A stretch of DNA of 32,000 bases from Caedibacter taeniospiralis (lineage in GTDB: Bacteria > Pseudomonadota > Gammaproteobacteria > Francisellales > Francisellaceae), in NCBI RefSeq assembly GCF_002803295.2, contig NZ_PGGB02000005.1, positions 30,059 through 62,058 on the forward strand, read 5' to 3'. Every line of letters starts with the position of its first letter. Position 1 is the first letter of the stretch. A program made the translations under genes and the position numbers. The notes beneath the pieces were generated by a model. It was not told where the DNA came from, ran no database searches, and was given only the letters and a program-made list of their open reading frames with translations. Shown one piece after another: positions 7,964-17,406 of this stretch.

Positions 7964-9066
7964 ATTATATCGAAGTTTTTCGTGATCCTAAGGTCGCAAA
8001 AAAACTGATTACTGAAATAAATAGAGTAGCTCGAAGTGATCGAAACTATCACCTTATGGAGTTTTGTGGTGGGCATACCCATGCCATTTATCGCTATGGT
8101 ATTACGGGGCTTTTGCCAAAAAACGTCAAAATGATTCATGGTCCAGGTTGTCCTGTGTGTGTCTTGCCAGTGGCACGAGTCGATCAGGCAATTTATCTGG
8201 CTGCTCAAAAAGAGGTAATATTTTGCAGCTATGCCGATATGTTACGCGTTCCTGGCACAAACCAGGATAGCCTACTTAAAGCAAAAGCCCGAGGTGCCGA
8301 TGTGCGTATGGTGTATTCAAGTGAAGATGCGTTAAAGCTTGCGACAATGAATCCAGAGAAAAGAGTGATTTTCTTTGCCATTGGATTTGAAACAACCACT
8401 CCCCCGACAGCAGTTGCACTGGATCAGGCTGTTAAACTCGGGTTAAAGAATTTTTATGTCTTTTGCAATCACGTGCTAACACCGATTGCCATGGAGGCTA
8501 TTTTATCCGATGAAGTTAAAATTGACGGTTTTGTTGGTCCCTCGCATGTCAGCATCATTATAGGCAGTAACGCCTACCACGATGTAGCAACGCGCTTTCA
8601 CAAACCTGTGGTGATCGCAGGGTTTGAACCTTTGGATGTATTACAATCCATTTTAATGTTGATACAGATGATTAATAACAACGAGGTTGGCGTTAAAAAC
8701 CAGTATACTCGAGCGGTAACCCAGAAAGGTAATACCCTGGCACAAGCGCTCATTGGCAAATATTTGGAGTTGCGCGATACGTTTGAATGGCGTGGCTTAG
8801 GTTTTATTCCCCAAAGTGCCCTAAAAATTAAAGCACAATATGCGTCATTTGATGCCGAAGTGGTTTTTGATATTCCAAAGATTAAAGGTGAGGAGCATAA
8901 ATCCTGCGCATGTCCTGATATTTTGCGTGGCGTTAAAGAGCCTAGAGACTGCAAATTGTTTGGTGTGGCATGTACTCCTGAACAGCCGATGGGGGCGTGT
9001 ATGGTATCCTCAGAAGGTGCTTGTGCGGCGCACTATCAATACCAATCGCAAGGAGAACGTGCATGA
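7960..9066 (+). CDS. hypD: Hydrogenase formation protein HypD
   Basis: MEFCGGHTHAIYRYG, HGPGCPVCVLP, IGFETTTPPTAVAL, FVGPSHVSIIIG, CACPDILRG. Confidence 0.97.
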   Translation: MNYIEVFRDPKVAKKLITEINRVARSDRNYHLMEFCGGHTHAIYRYGITGLLPKNVKMIHGPGCPVCVLPVARVDQAIYLAAQKEVIFCSYADMLRVPGTNQDSLLKAKARGADVRMVYSSEDALKLATMNPEKRVIFFAIGFETTTPPTAVALDQAVKLGLKNFYVFCNHVLTPIAMEAILSDEVKIDGFVGPSHVSIIIGSNAYHDVATRFHKPVVIAGFEPLDVLQSILMLIQMINNNEVGVKNQYTRAVTQKGNTLAQALIGKYLELRDTFEWRGLGFIPQSALKIKAQYASFDAEVVFDIPKIKGEEHKSCACPDILRGVKEPRDCKLFGVACTPEQPMGACMVSSEGACAAHYQYQSQGERA

Positions 9067-10088
9067 GTGTTAAACTTAACTTTAATCACGGCGTTGTCGA
9101 TCTTTCAATGGGCGCAGGTGGCAAAGCGATGAATCGCCTGATTGACCAGCTGATGAAAAAAGCGTTTACCAATGAATACCTGTTGCAGGGAGAAGATCAG
9201 GCAGTTTTGCCGCATATTGATGGCAGAATAGCTATGACCACCGATAGTTACGTGATTACGCCTTACTTCTTTCCTGGAGGTGATATTGGCAGCTTAGCTA
9301 TCTGTGGCACGGTAAATGATCTGGCAGTGGGCGGTGCCACTCCTCGCTATCTTTCCGTTGGCTTTATTTTAGAGGAGGGCCTTGCGTTGAGTGATTTAAA
9401 ACAAATCGTGTATTCGATGGCAGATACCGCGGCAAAAGCCGATGTGATGCTGGTGGCAGGAGACACCAAAGTCGTCGAAAAAGGCAAGGGCGATGGTATT
9501 TTCATTAACACCACAGGCATTGGCGTTGTCAGGGAAAACTTTGTGACAAGAGAGGTCTTGACGGTAGGGGATTGCATTATCATCAATGGCGCTATCGCCG
9601 AGCATGGTGTGGCAGTGATGTCAAAGCGTGTGGGATTAAGCTTTGATTGTGACGTCAAAAGTGACGTTGCTCCCTTAAATGGCTTGATTGATCAGCTTTA
9701 TCAATCAGGATGCAGGCTTAAAACCATGCGCGATCCAACACGCGGTGGTGTTGCTGCAACCTTAAACGAATGGGCTAAGCAGTACCAGGTGGGGATTGAA
9801 ATTGATGAAAGTGCTTTAGTTATCGGTGAAGAGGTTCAATCTGCGTGTGAGTTGTTAGGGCTTGATCCTTTATTTATTGCCAATGAAGGAAAGGTGTTGA
9901 TCGTTTGTGAGGCTCCAGAAGCCCAGAAAGTTTTAGCTTGTCTGACGCAAGATGAGTCAGGTAAAAATGCGAGCATAATTGCAACAGTGAAAAAGGAAGG
10001 TGAGGCTTATGTCAATATGCAAACCACTTTTGGCGGTGTTCGTCGAGTGGATTGGTTAAGTGGCGAACAATTACCCCGAATTTGTTAA
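9063..10088 (+). CDS. hypE: Hydrogenase expression/formation protein HypE
   Basis: ORF 8997..10088 with start reassigned to ATG 9063 (MSVKLNFNHGVVDLSMGAGGKAMNRL), overlapping the hypD stop; conserved C-terminal PRIC. Confidence 0.96.
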   Translation: MSVKLNFNHGVVDLSMGAGGKAMNRLIDQLMKKAFTNEYLLQGEDQAVLPHIDGRIAMTTDSYVITPYFFPGGDIGSLAICGTVNDLAVGGATPRYLSVGFILEEGLALSDLKQIVYSMADTAAKADVMLVAGDTKVVEKGKGDGIFINTTGIGVVRENFVTREVLTVGDCIIINGAIAEHGVAVMSKRVGLSFDCDVKSDVAPLNGLIDQLYQSGCRLKTMRDPTRGGVAATLNEWAKQYQVGIEIDESALVIGEEVQSACELLGLDPLFIANEGKVLIVCEAPEAQKVLACLTQDESGKNASIIATVKKEGEAYVNMQTTFGGVRRVDWLSGEQLPRIC

Positions 10089-10089
10089 A

Positions 10090-10284
10090 AATAACTGGAG
10101 ATATAAACTTTTTAAAAACTACCCCGTCAGCCTCACGCGCAGAGCTTGTGGCGTTCAAAGCTAAAGAAGCAAAACTGTTTGCTTCTTTCGGGCGCTTTTC
10201 ACCCCCTTCACTTGTGAAGGGGAATTAAGCCCGTCAGCTTTGCTGCCTGCGAGGCGGGGTAGTTAGGTAAAACCACGTACCTCA
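10090..10284. repeat. MITE/REP-like element, copy 4 (variant lacking the CTGACCAC palindrome), between hypE and hydB
   Basis: Starts AATAACTGGAGATATAAACTTTTTAAAAACTACCCCGTCAGCCTCACGCGCAGAGCTTGTGGCGTTCAAAGC (near-identical interior to copy 2); ends GCCTGCGAGGCGGGGTAGTTAGG. Confidence 0.85.
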
Positions 10285-10298
10285 ACATAGGAGGAAAA

Positions 10299-11405
10299 AT
10301 GAGTCAGTTTTATTTTTTACCTCATGCTCGATTGGATGATTTAATCCGTCATCTAAAGCGTGATGGTTATACGGTGAAAGCACCCATGGTCAGTGAAAAT
10401 GCGATCGTGTACGACGATATTGACAGTGCATCTGAATTACCTTGGGGGTATGTTGATGAGCAAAAACCTGCGCATTACCGCGTGGCAAAAACAAAAGAGA
10501 ACAAGGCGTTTGCCTGGAGTCTTCCTGTGCAGTCGATAAAGCCGATGCTGTTTGAAGAGAAAGAAGCTCTGTGGCAGGTTACACGCGATCAAAATGGCAA
10601 GCTCAAGTTTGAGCAATGTTTAAACACGCAAAAATATGCGGTATTGGGTGTAAGACCCTGCGATTTACGTGCGATCGAGATTCAGGATCGCGTGTTTATT
10701 GAAAATGCCTATCAAGACGTACGCTATAAGGCGAGACGCGAACAGATGTTTATTATCGCGGCAAATTGCACCACTTGTCATAGCAACTGTTTTTGTATCA
10801 GTATGGGCGATGGTCCATATGCGGATAAAGGCTATGACTGGGCAATCACAGAGATTGATGGAGGCTTTGTTGTCGAATCAGGAAGTGATAAAGGAAGAGG
10901 GCTGATCGAATCCTTGCAGTTAGAGCCTGCTACGGGGGCAAAAACGCATAGTGCTGAAAGTGCGGTAAAAAGCGTGTATGTGGTACAAAAGAAAAAAATT
11001 CCGCCTTTAGCCAAGGTTGAAAAAGCCTTATTTTCTCAACCTGATCACCCACAGTGGGACGATGTAGCAAAGCGTTGCCTATCCTGTGGCAGCTGCACGC
11101 AGGCTTGTCCTACCTGTTTTTGTCACACGGAAAGAGAAAACCCCGATTTGGAAGGTGATAAGAGCACGCATACGCGTGAATGGGATTCCTGTTTTAGCCT
11201 GGATCATAGTTACACCCATGGTGAGCTTTATCGCGATAAGCCCAAGTATCGCTATCGACAATGGCTGACACACAAGTTTTCAACCTGGCGTGAGCAGTTT
11301 AGAACAAAAGGTTGTGTTGGCTGTGGTCGCTGTATTACCTGGTGTCCTGTCGGCATTGATGTGACTGACGAGATCAATATAATTTGTCAGGAGAAAAAAG
11401 CATGA
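10299..11405 (+). CDS. hydB: Hydrogenase beta subunit, 4Fe-4S protein (sulfhydrogenase HydB / AsrA-like)
   Basis: [19 protein letters not shown]; [16 protein letters not shown]; [19 protein letters not shown]; [21 protein letters not shown]; first of four contiguous hydrogenase subunit genes. Confidence 0.9.
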   Translation: MSQFYFLPHARLDDLIRHLKRDGYTVKAPMVSENAIVYDDIDSASELPWGYVDEQKPAHYRVAKTKENKAFAWSLPVQSIKPMLFEEKEALWQVTRDQNGKLKFEQCLNTQKYAVLGVRPCDLRAIEIQDRVFIENAYQDVRYKARREQMFIIAANCTTCHSNCFCISMGDGPYADKGYDWAITEIDGGFVVESGSDKGRGLIESLQLEPATGAKTHSAESAVKSVYVVQKKKIPPLAKVEKALFSQPDHPQWDDVAKRCLSCGSCTQACPTCFCHTERENPDLEGDKSTHTREWDSCFSLDHSYTHGELYRDKPKYRYRQWLTHKFSTWREQFRTKGCVGCGRCITWCPVGIDVTDEINIICQEKKA

Positions 11406-12253
11406 TTTATCCACAAGATCCTTATCTGCCTCATGAGGCGGAGATTGTTGAGTTTATTGAAGATGCGCCTGATATTTTCACCATACGCTTACGCTTAACC
11501 GATGAAATATTGCGTAAAGCTTATCGTTTTCAACCAGGTCAATTTAATATGATTTATCTTTATGGTGTTGGTGAGGTAGCGATTTCAATTGTCAATGATC
11601 GCAAGTTTGACGAGGAGGTGTTTGAGCATACTATTCAGGTGGTAGGACGCGTGACAAAAGGCATGCACCAATTAAAAAAAGGGCAGACAGTGGGTATTCG
11701 TGGACCTTTTGGCAGCAGCTGGCCAGTTGAAGAAGCTCGCGGCAAAGATGTCGTTATTATGACAGGAGGTCTGGGTAATGCGCCCTTGGTTGCGGCAACT
11801 GAGACCATGCTTAAAAATCGTGAAGCGTATGGGCGAATCTATGTTGTGCAAGGCGTGCGTCACAGCAGGGGTCTTATTTATCAGGATAAATATACCCGTT
11901 GGAACAATGTGCCAGATACCAAAGTAATTATTACGGCGACAGAAGGTGAGTCCTTTGGTCCGTGGAAGTGGTATCAGGGTTTTGTTACTGAAGCGGTAAA
12001 AGATTTAGTGCTTGATTATCAGAATACCTATGTGATGAGTGTGGGTCCTGAAATTATGATGAAAAATGTGGCTCGTCGCTTTATTGATATTGGCGTGCCT
12101 GAGCATCAGATTTTTGTGTCCCTTGAGCGCAGCATGAAGTGTGCTATTGGGCATTGTGGACATTGTCAAATGGGTAAAGAGTTTATCTGTAAAGATGGCG
12201 CCGTCTACGCCTATCCTCAAGTTGAAAAATTGTTAGACATTAAGGGGGTGTAA
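11402..12253 (+). CDS. hydG: Hydrogenase gamma subunit, FAD/NAD(P)-binding (sulfhydrogenase HydG / AsrB-like)
   Basis: ORF 11384..12253 with start at ATG 11402 overlapping the hydB stop; FQPGQFNMIYLYGVGE, GPFGSSWP, VIMTGGLGNAPLV, C-terminal CAIGHCGHCQMGKEFICKDG iron-sulfur motif. Confidence 0.9.
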   Translation: MIYPQDPYLPHEAEIVEFIEDAPDIFTIRLRLTDEILRKAYRFQPGQFNMIYLYGVGEVAISIVNDRKFDEEVFEHTIQVVGRVTKGMHQLKKGQTVGIRGPFGSSWPVEEARGKDVVIMTGGLGNAPLVAATETMLKNREAYGRIYVVQGVRHSRGLIYQDKYTRWNNVPDTKVIITATEGESFGPWKWYQGFVTEAVKDLVLDYQNTYVMSVGPEIMMKNVARRFIDIGVPEHQIFVSLERSMKCAIGHCGHCQMGKEFICKDGAVYAYPQVEKLLDIKGV

Positions 12254-12254
12254 G

Positions 12255-13076
12255 ATGTCGTCTGTAGCCAAATTAAAAAGCTTAAAAAAACTGCCAAATA
12301 AGCCAACATTAGCCGTTCACAAATTTAGTTCGTGTGATGGCTGCCAGCTTGCGTTTATCAATGACGGTGTAAGACTTCTTAAACTTTCTACACTCGTCGA
12401 TATTAAACATTTCGCCGAAGCAGGTCCTGTGGAGGAGGATTGTAAAGTCGATGTTGCGATTATTGAGGGGAGTATTAACACAAAGCATGACGCTCGTCGG
12501 ATAGAGAAAATTCGCCAAAACAGCAAATACTTAATTGCCATGGGGGCATGTGCGACAACTGGAGGTATTCAAGGCTTAAGAAATAACATCAATCGTCAGC
12601 AATTTGAAGACTGGATGAAAGATGTATATCCACAGCATACTGATGTGATTGATCAAATGGAGCTAGACACCGCGAAGTCGATTGGAGACTATGTTGAGGT
12701 TGATTTTGAAATAAGAGGCTGTCCCGTCAGTTCTGATCAAGTGTATCACGCAGTGCGCCAATTGCTGTTTAAAGTAGAACCTGAAAAAATTGCAGATCCC
12801 GTGTGTACCTCCTGTAAACACCGAGGCATCACCTGTGTCATGGTGGCTTTTAATGAACCTTGTCTGGGTCCTGTTACGGCAAACGGATGTGATGCACTCT
12901 GTCCACATATTAACCGTGGCTGTTACGGATGTTATGGCGCATCAAGCTATGCCAATTTTGATGCAATGACTGAAAAATTAAAATCAATGGGATTAAGTGA
13001 GAAAGAAATCGCGCGCAAGTATCATTTTATTAATAATCAGCAAAAAGGTTTCAAAGAAGCAGGAGATAAGGCATGA
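12255..13076 (+). CDS. hydD: [NiFe]-hydrogenase small subunit (HydD-type)
   Basis: FSSCDGCQLAFIN, VAIIEGSINT, IAMGACATTGGI, IRGCPVSSDQV, CLGPVTANGCDALCPHINRGCYGCYG. Confidence 0.93.
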   Translation: MSSVAKLKSLKKLPNKPTLAVHKFSSCDGCQLAFINDGVRLLKLSTLVDIKHFAEAGPVEEDCKVDVAIIEGSINTKHDARRIEKIRQNSKYLIAMGACATTGGIQGLRNNINRQQFEDWMKDVYPQHTDVIDQMELDTAKSIGDYVEVDFEIRGCPVSSDQVYHAVRQLLFKVEPEKIADPVCTSCKHRGITCVMVAFNEPCLGPVTANGCDALCPHINRGCYGCYGASSYANFDAMTEKLKSMGLSEKEIARKYHFINNQQKGFKEAGDKA

Positions 13077-14380
13077 GTGATAATGTGAAAACAACCAGAA
13101 TAGAAGTCCCTATTTTGGCTCGTGTTGAGGGAGAAGGCGCGCTCGATTTAGAAATTACTGATCATAAGATTACCAGGTGTCACGTGCGTATCTATGAACC
13201 GCCTCGCTATTTTGAGAAGTTCTTAGAGGGGCGTGAACCCAATGAGATTATCGATGCCGTGGCACGCATTTGTGGTATTTGTCCCATGGCGTATCAGATG
13301 AGTGTGGTAACCTTAATGGAGAAAGCCTTTGGCGTTACCGTCACCCCTTGGGTGCATCAGATGCGTCGGGTAATGTATTTAGGCGAGTGGATTGAATCCC
13401 ATTATTTACATACTCATATTTTGGCAGCGCCTGACTTTTTGAAATATCATTCAGCTATTGAAATGGCGAAAGATTTTCCCACTGAAGTCAAGCGTGGGGT
13501 GAAGTTGCAGCATTTGGGCAATGATATTCTATCCCTTTTTGGGGGCAGATCGGTTCACCCTGGCGCAATTAAAGTCGGAGGTTTTTATCGTGCGCCAAAA
13601 CCCAAGGAAATTAAGTCATTGATTCCGCGTTTACAAGAGGCATTAAACGATGCCAAAGAGGTGGTGATGTGGTTTGCCAAGCTGCCTTATCCTGATGTGT
13701 ATTTTGATGAGATTTTACAGGTTTCGCTCATGGATAAATCAGGGCAATATCCCGTGATTGCGGAACATGTGGTTACCAATAGAGGAGAGTGCTTCCCCAT
13801 TGAAGAATGGGATCACTATTTTTATGAGTTTCATGCGCCACAATCGACAGCCCTACATTCAACGTGTGATGGTAAACCTTATATCACAACCCCTTTAACA
13901 CGACTTAATTTAAACTTTGATAAGCTGCCAAAAAACGTGAGGGATCTGGCAAACAGCACGGGAATTTTATTCCCAAGTAATAATATTTTCCATAGCATTT
14001 TGGCGCGATCGATTGAGTGCTATTATGCGTTTGGTGAGATCTTACGCATCCTGGAAAACTATGAATATTCTGATAAGCCTTATGTTGATGTGAGCTTTAA
14101 AGCAGGTAAAGCCTGGGGTGCAACAGAAGCCCCTCGCGGTATTCAGATTGATTACTTTGAGTTTGATGATAAAGGGCTTGCGACAAAAATTCGCATCACG
14201 CCACCAACGGCGCAGAATCTCGCGTGTATGGAGGCGGACCTTAAGCAGTCATTGACAAAGTTTGGTTTAGATAAATCAGATGATGAATTAAGGCAGCACG
14301 CGGAAATGGTGATCCGTAATTATGATCCATGTATTTCCTGCTCAGCGCACTTTTTAACTTTAAACCTTAAACGACATTAA
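13073..14380 (+). CDS. hydA: [NiFe]-hydrogenase large subunit (group 3b / sulfhydrogenase alpha, HydA-type)
   Basis: N-terminal metal motif ARICGICPMAYQMS; C-terminal DPCISCSAH followed by FLTLNLKRH, a cleavable-type extension; overlaps the small-subunit stop. Confidence 0.94.
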   Translation: MSDNVKTTRIEVPILARVEGEGALDLEITDHKITRCHVRIYEPPRYFEKFLEGREPNEIIDAVARICGICPMAYQMSVVTLMEKAFGVTVTPWVHQMRRVMYLGEWIESHYLHTHILAAPDFLKYHSAIEMAKDFPTEVKRGVKLQHLGNDILSLFGGRSVHPGAIKVGGFYRAPKPKEIKSLIPRLQEALNDAKEVVMWFAKLPYPDVYFDEILQVSLMDKSGQYPVIAEHVVTNRGECFPIEEWDHYFYEFHAPQSTALHSTCDGKPYITTPLTRLNLNFDKLPKNVRDLANSTGILFPSNNIFHSILARSIECYYAFGEILRILENYEYSDKPYVDVSFKAGKAWGATEAPRGIQIDYFEFDDKGLATKIRITPPTAQNLACMEADLKQSLTKFGLDKSDDELRQHAEMVIRNYDPCISCSAHFLTLNLKRH

Positions 14381-14384
14381 AACT

Positions 14385-14405
14385 GGGGTAGTCCAGCAAA
14401 AGTGT
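14385..14405. repeat. Probable remnant of the MITE/REP-like element terminus
   Basis: GGGGTAGTCCAGCAAAAGTG matches the element B-end (GCGGGGTAGTGCAGCAAAAGTG in copy 5) and is preceded by ACTGG right after the hydA stop. Confidence 0.55.
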
Positions 14406-14431
14406 GGAACGAAAGTAAGGAGGAAATATCA

Positions 14432-15361
14432 ATGTATCAAAAGTTTTTTCGTCATTTTATCGCTATAAGCCTGATCGTATGGACAATTTTTGCGCTACTT
14501 TTTTACCAGCATTTAAATCTGTTAGCCATCGTATTTATTGCTTTTATGCTGGGACTTCGCCATGGCTTTGATGTTGATCATATCGTTGCCATTGATAATG
14601 TAACAAGGCAACTTGCAGCAAGCGGTAAACCAAGTGTCACCACGGGATTGTTTTTTGCCTTGGGTCATTCAAGTATTGTATTTTTATTGACTCTATTGGT
14701 GATTTTGGGCGTAAGTCTCACTAAAGCGGAAGATTTAGGAATCATAGGCATAGGTGCAATGATTGGCAGCATCGTGTCGATCGTATTTTTGTGGCTGACA
14801 GGGGGCATGAATCTTATCTCACTGTATCGCTTAGTGAAATATCAGCAAAACAAACATGCCCACTCGCCCTTAACACGTTGGTTTAAGCCACTTTTTACGC
14901 TCGTTGATAAGCCTTATAAGATGTATCCTGTGGGCTTTTTGTTTGGACTTGGATTTGACACTGCGACTGAAATTGCTCTTTTGGGACTTGCGGCCACAGC
15001 ATCATTAAGTGGAGAGTCTATCTGGCTTATTCTCTCATTACCAATTGCATTTGCACTGGGCATGACCTGGGTTGATTCCTTAGATGCGCTGTTGATGACG
15101 AGACTCATTAGTAGTCAAAACGTCAATGATCAGCTGTTTAGGCGTTATAATATTGCAATATTATTGATTGTGATTACAGCGTCCTTCGCGGTGGGGCTGA
15201 TTCAACTACTTGGGCTGATCGAACGTGACATAGAAGGTGTTGTTAGCTTTATCGGGGATCATTCACCATGGTTTGGCGCAGGTCTTGTGCTTATCATGCT
15301 GGTTGTATTTGTCAGCATGATTTTGAAAAAAAGGGTACTGATGAACCGTCAAAAAATTTAA
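14432..15361 (+). CDS. HoxN/HupN/NixA-family nickel (nickel/cobalt) permease
   Basis: LGLRHGFDVDHIVAIDNVTRQL (HX4DH signature), LFFALGHSSIVFLL, LGLGFDTATEIALLG; AAGGAGG ribosome-binding site before ATG 14432. Confidence 0.9.
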   Translation: MYQKFFRHFIAISLIVWTIFALLFYQHLNLLAIVFIAFMLGLRHGFDVDHIVAIDNVTRQLAASGKPSVTTGLFFALGHSSIVFLLTLLVILGVSLTKAEDLGIIGIGAMIGSIVSIVFLWLTGGMNLISLYRLVKYQQNKHAHSPLTRWFKPLFTLVDKPYKMYPVGFLFGLGFDTATEIALLGLAATASLSGESIWLILSLPIAFALGMTWVDSLDALLMTRLISSQNVNDQLFRRYNIAILLIVITASFAVGLIQLLGLIERDIEGVVSFIGDHSPWFGAGLVLIMLVVFVSMILKKRVLMNRQKI

Positions 15362-15409
15362 CGCCAAAATTCAAACAATACCATATCCACCCTGTATGCT
15401 GAGCAAAGG

Positions 15410-15700
15410 CTAAATAAACGCAGCATATGCTTCTGCATGCTTCACAGGGGAAAAACTGTGATAACTATAGGTAGCAACATTTTCCACTAAAAAGGGATCT
15501 TCCTGAAGTAAAGCTTTGATTACATCCAACTCACCTGAGGCTAAAATAACACCACCATTGCGTGCACTATTGGGACCTGATGCAATAAATAGCCCTTGGG
15601 CGTACCCGCGATCAAGAAACTCGCGATGTTTAGGTCGAATCAGATCAATCATTTCTGAGCTTGCGGTGTAGCTGATAGTAATAATATGCGTTGGTTTCAT
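15410..15700 (-). CDS. YciI-family protein
   Basis: 96-aa product MKPTHIITISYTASSEMIDLIRPKHREFLDRGYAQGLFIASGP...EDPFLVENVATYSYHSFSPVKH, typical YciI-like pattern. Confidence 0.75.
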   Translation of the reverse strand: MKPTHIITISYTASSEMIDLIRPKHREFLDRGYAQGLFIASGPNSARNGGVILASGELDVIKALLQEDPFLVENVATYSYHSFSPVKHAEAYAAFI

Positions 15701-15833
15701 TCGTTTGCCTTGTACTAAGTGGTTGTGAGGCTAATTTTGTCATAGCTTACAGGCTGTTTGTACTTTTTTTTCAAGATTTTCCTGCGTAGAATGGACTCAG
15801 CAATTTTGCGAAACTGTGGTGAAGATAACATTC

Positions 15834-17168
15834 ATGAAGTATTTTGATTTGAAAGCGCTAAAAAAAGATAAAATTTTCACTGAATCCCGTAAGCTTATGT
15901 CTTTTTCACTGTGGCGAAGGCGCTTACTTTTCTGGGGAGGTGCTATTTTAGTTGGGCTTATTTGTGTGTTATTTGCCTATCTTTGCGATAATTTGAATGA
16001 CAGCTTTAGCGAATTAAGCCAGAAGCATCCTCATTGGCCATTGTTCATTATGCCCATTGGCTTTATGGTCATCATATATTTGCTTAAAACCTACTTTGAT
16101 GGCGCTGAAGGCAGTGGGATACCACAGGTGATGGCTGCTTTGAAAGTCAAGAATATGCACAGGCGCAGCAAACTGGTTTCAATGCGTATTGCCCTAGGCA
16201 AATTTATGCTAACGGCTTTGGGTTTCTTAAGTGGTGCATCCATTGGGCGCGAGGGTCCTACCATTCAGCTAAGCGCCTCAGTCATGCACTTTTTAGGGCG
16301 CATGGAGAAGTTTAATCGCGAGGACACCGAAAAAGGTCTGCTCTTGGCAGGGGGGGCTGCAGGGATTGCCGCAGCTTTTAATGCACCGTTGGCGGGGGTG
16401 GTATTTGCAATTGAGGAATTAGCGGGCTCGTTTGATAAAGGCATTACAGGGACAATGATTACCACAGTAGTATTGTGCGGATTTGTGTCATTAGAGATTA
16501 TGGGAAATTATGCCTACTTTGGTGCAAGCTCTGCCACTTTAGATATTTTAGGTTGGGGTGGGTTTGTGTTAATTGTCGTTGCCATTGCGTGCGGATTTTT
16601 AGGGGGAGTATTCAGTCGTTTGTTATTGGTAATCTCTGCTGCGGTTGCCAGGATTATTGGCAAACACCCTGTGCTCTTTGCGGGTGGTATTGGTTTTGTG
16701 ATTGCTGTAATTGGTGTGCTTACCGGCGGGATTATTTATGGCAGTGGTAAAGAGACTGCTGTAGCACTGTTAAATGGGCATGAGGTGGAGGTTTCTGTTT
16801 TCTTTGGTTTATGGAAAATGATAGCAACCCTGCTATCGTTTATCAGTGGCATTCCAGGTGGGATCTTCGCCCCGTCGTTATCTGCAGGTGCGGGATTTGG
16901 TCATATGATGAGTTTTTTCTTTGAAGATCAATATGCCAGTGCGGTGGTTTTGGTTGGTACAGTTGCCTATTTTTCAGGCGTTGTTCAAAGTCCAATTACC
17001 TGCTTTATCATTGTGTCTGAAATGACCCAAAATGTCTCAACAGGCATGCTGCTACCCATTATGCTCGCGGCACTGTTAGGCACAGCAGCTTCAAGAGTGA
17101 TATGCAAAGAGCCCGTATATCATGCGTTGTCATTGCGTTACTTGGAGAAACTGCGCTCGAACAGTTAA
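15834..17168 (+). CDS. clcA: ClC-family chloride channel / H+/Cl- antiporter
   Basis: GSGIPQVMAAL, GREGPTIQLS, GGIFAPSLSAGAGFG; multiple TM segments. ORF begins at GTG 15816; ATG 15834 preferred. Confidence 0.88.
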   Translation: MKYFDLKALKKDKIFTESRKLMSFSLWRRRLLFWGGAILVGLICVLFAYLCDNLNDSFSELSQKHPHWPLFIMPIGFMVIIYLLKTYFDGAEGSGIPQVMAALKVKNMHRRSKLVSMRIALGKFMLTALGFLSGASIGREGPTIQLSASVMHFLGRMEKFNREDTEKGLLLAGGAAGIAAAFNAPLAGVVFAIEELAGSFDKGITGTMITTVVLCGFVSLEIMGNYAYFGASSATLDILGWGGFVLIVVAIACGFLGGVFSRLLLVISAAVARIIGKHPVLFAGGIGFVIAVIGVLTGGIIYGSGKETAVALLNGHEVEVSVFFGLWKMIATLLSFISGIPGGIFAPSLSAGAGFGHMMSFFFEDQYASAVVLVGTVAYFSGVVQSPITCFIIVSEMTQNVSTGMLLPIMLAALLGTAASRVICKEPVYHALSLRYLEKLRSNS

Positions 17169-17297
17169 AAACCTGATTACGTCTGAAGCTTCTAAAACTT
17201 TCCATGCGCACTGAGAACTTGAGGCGTATGGGTGAGCTCAGAGTTTTTGGAATAAACCAGGGGCTGTGAGTACTAAAGTGCCACAATAAATTTTGGT

Positions 17298-17333
17298 TTT
17301 TAAAACAGATGAGCGCGTAGCACTGTTTTAAAA
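17298..17333. terminator. Possible bidirectional hairpin between convergent clcA and dnaB
   Basis: TTTTAAAACAG (17298-17308) and CTGTTTTAAAA (17323-17333) are exact reverse complements in the convergent intergenic gap. Confidence 0.4.
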
Positions 17334-17406
17334 GCGTTAAAAAATTTGTGACCCTCACCTTGTCATATCGAAAGGGTACGTTTAAGCATGTCATAAAATA
17401 TACACT

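Noticed and set aside
16265-16750. ORFs 16265..16465 (-) and 16475..16750 (+)
   Set aside because: Alternate frames inside clcA, which is strongly supported by ClC motifs throughout.
17059-17394. ORF 17059..17394 (-)
   Set aside because: Overlaps the clcA 3' end and a non-coding convergent gap; no motifs, composition typical of a spurious ORF.
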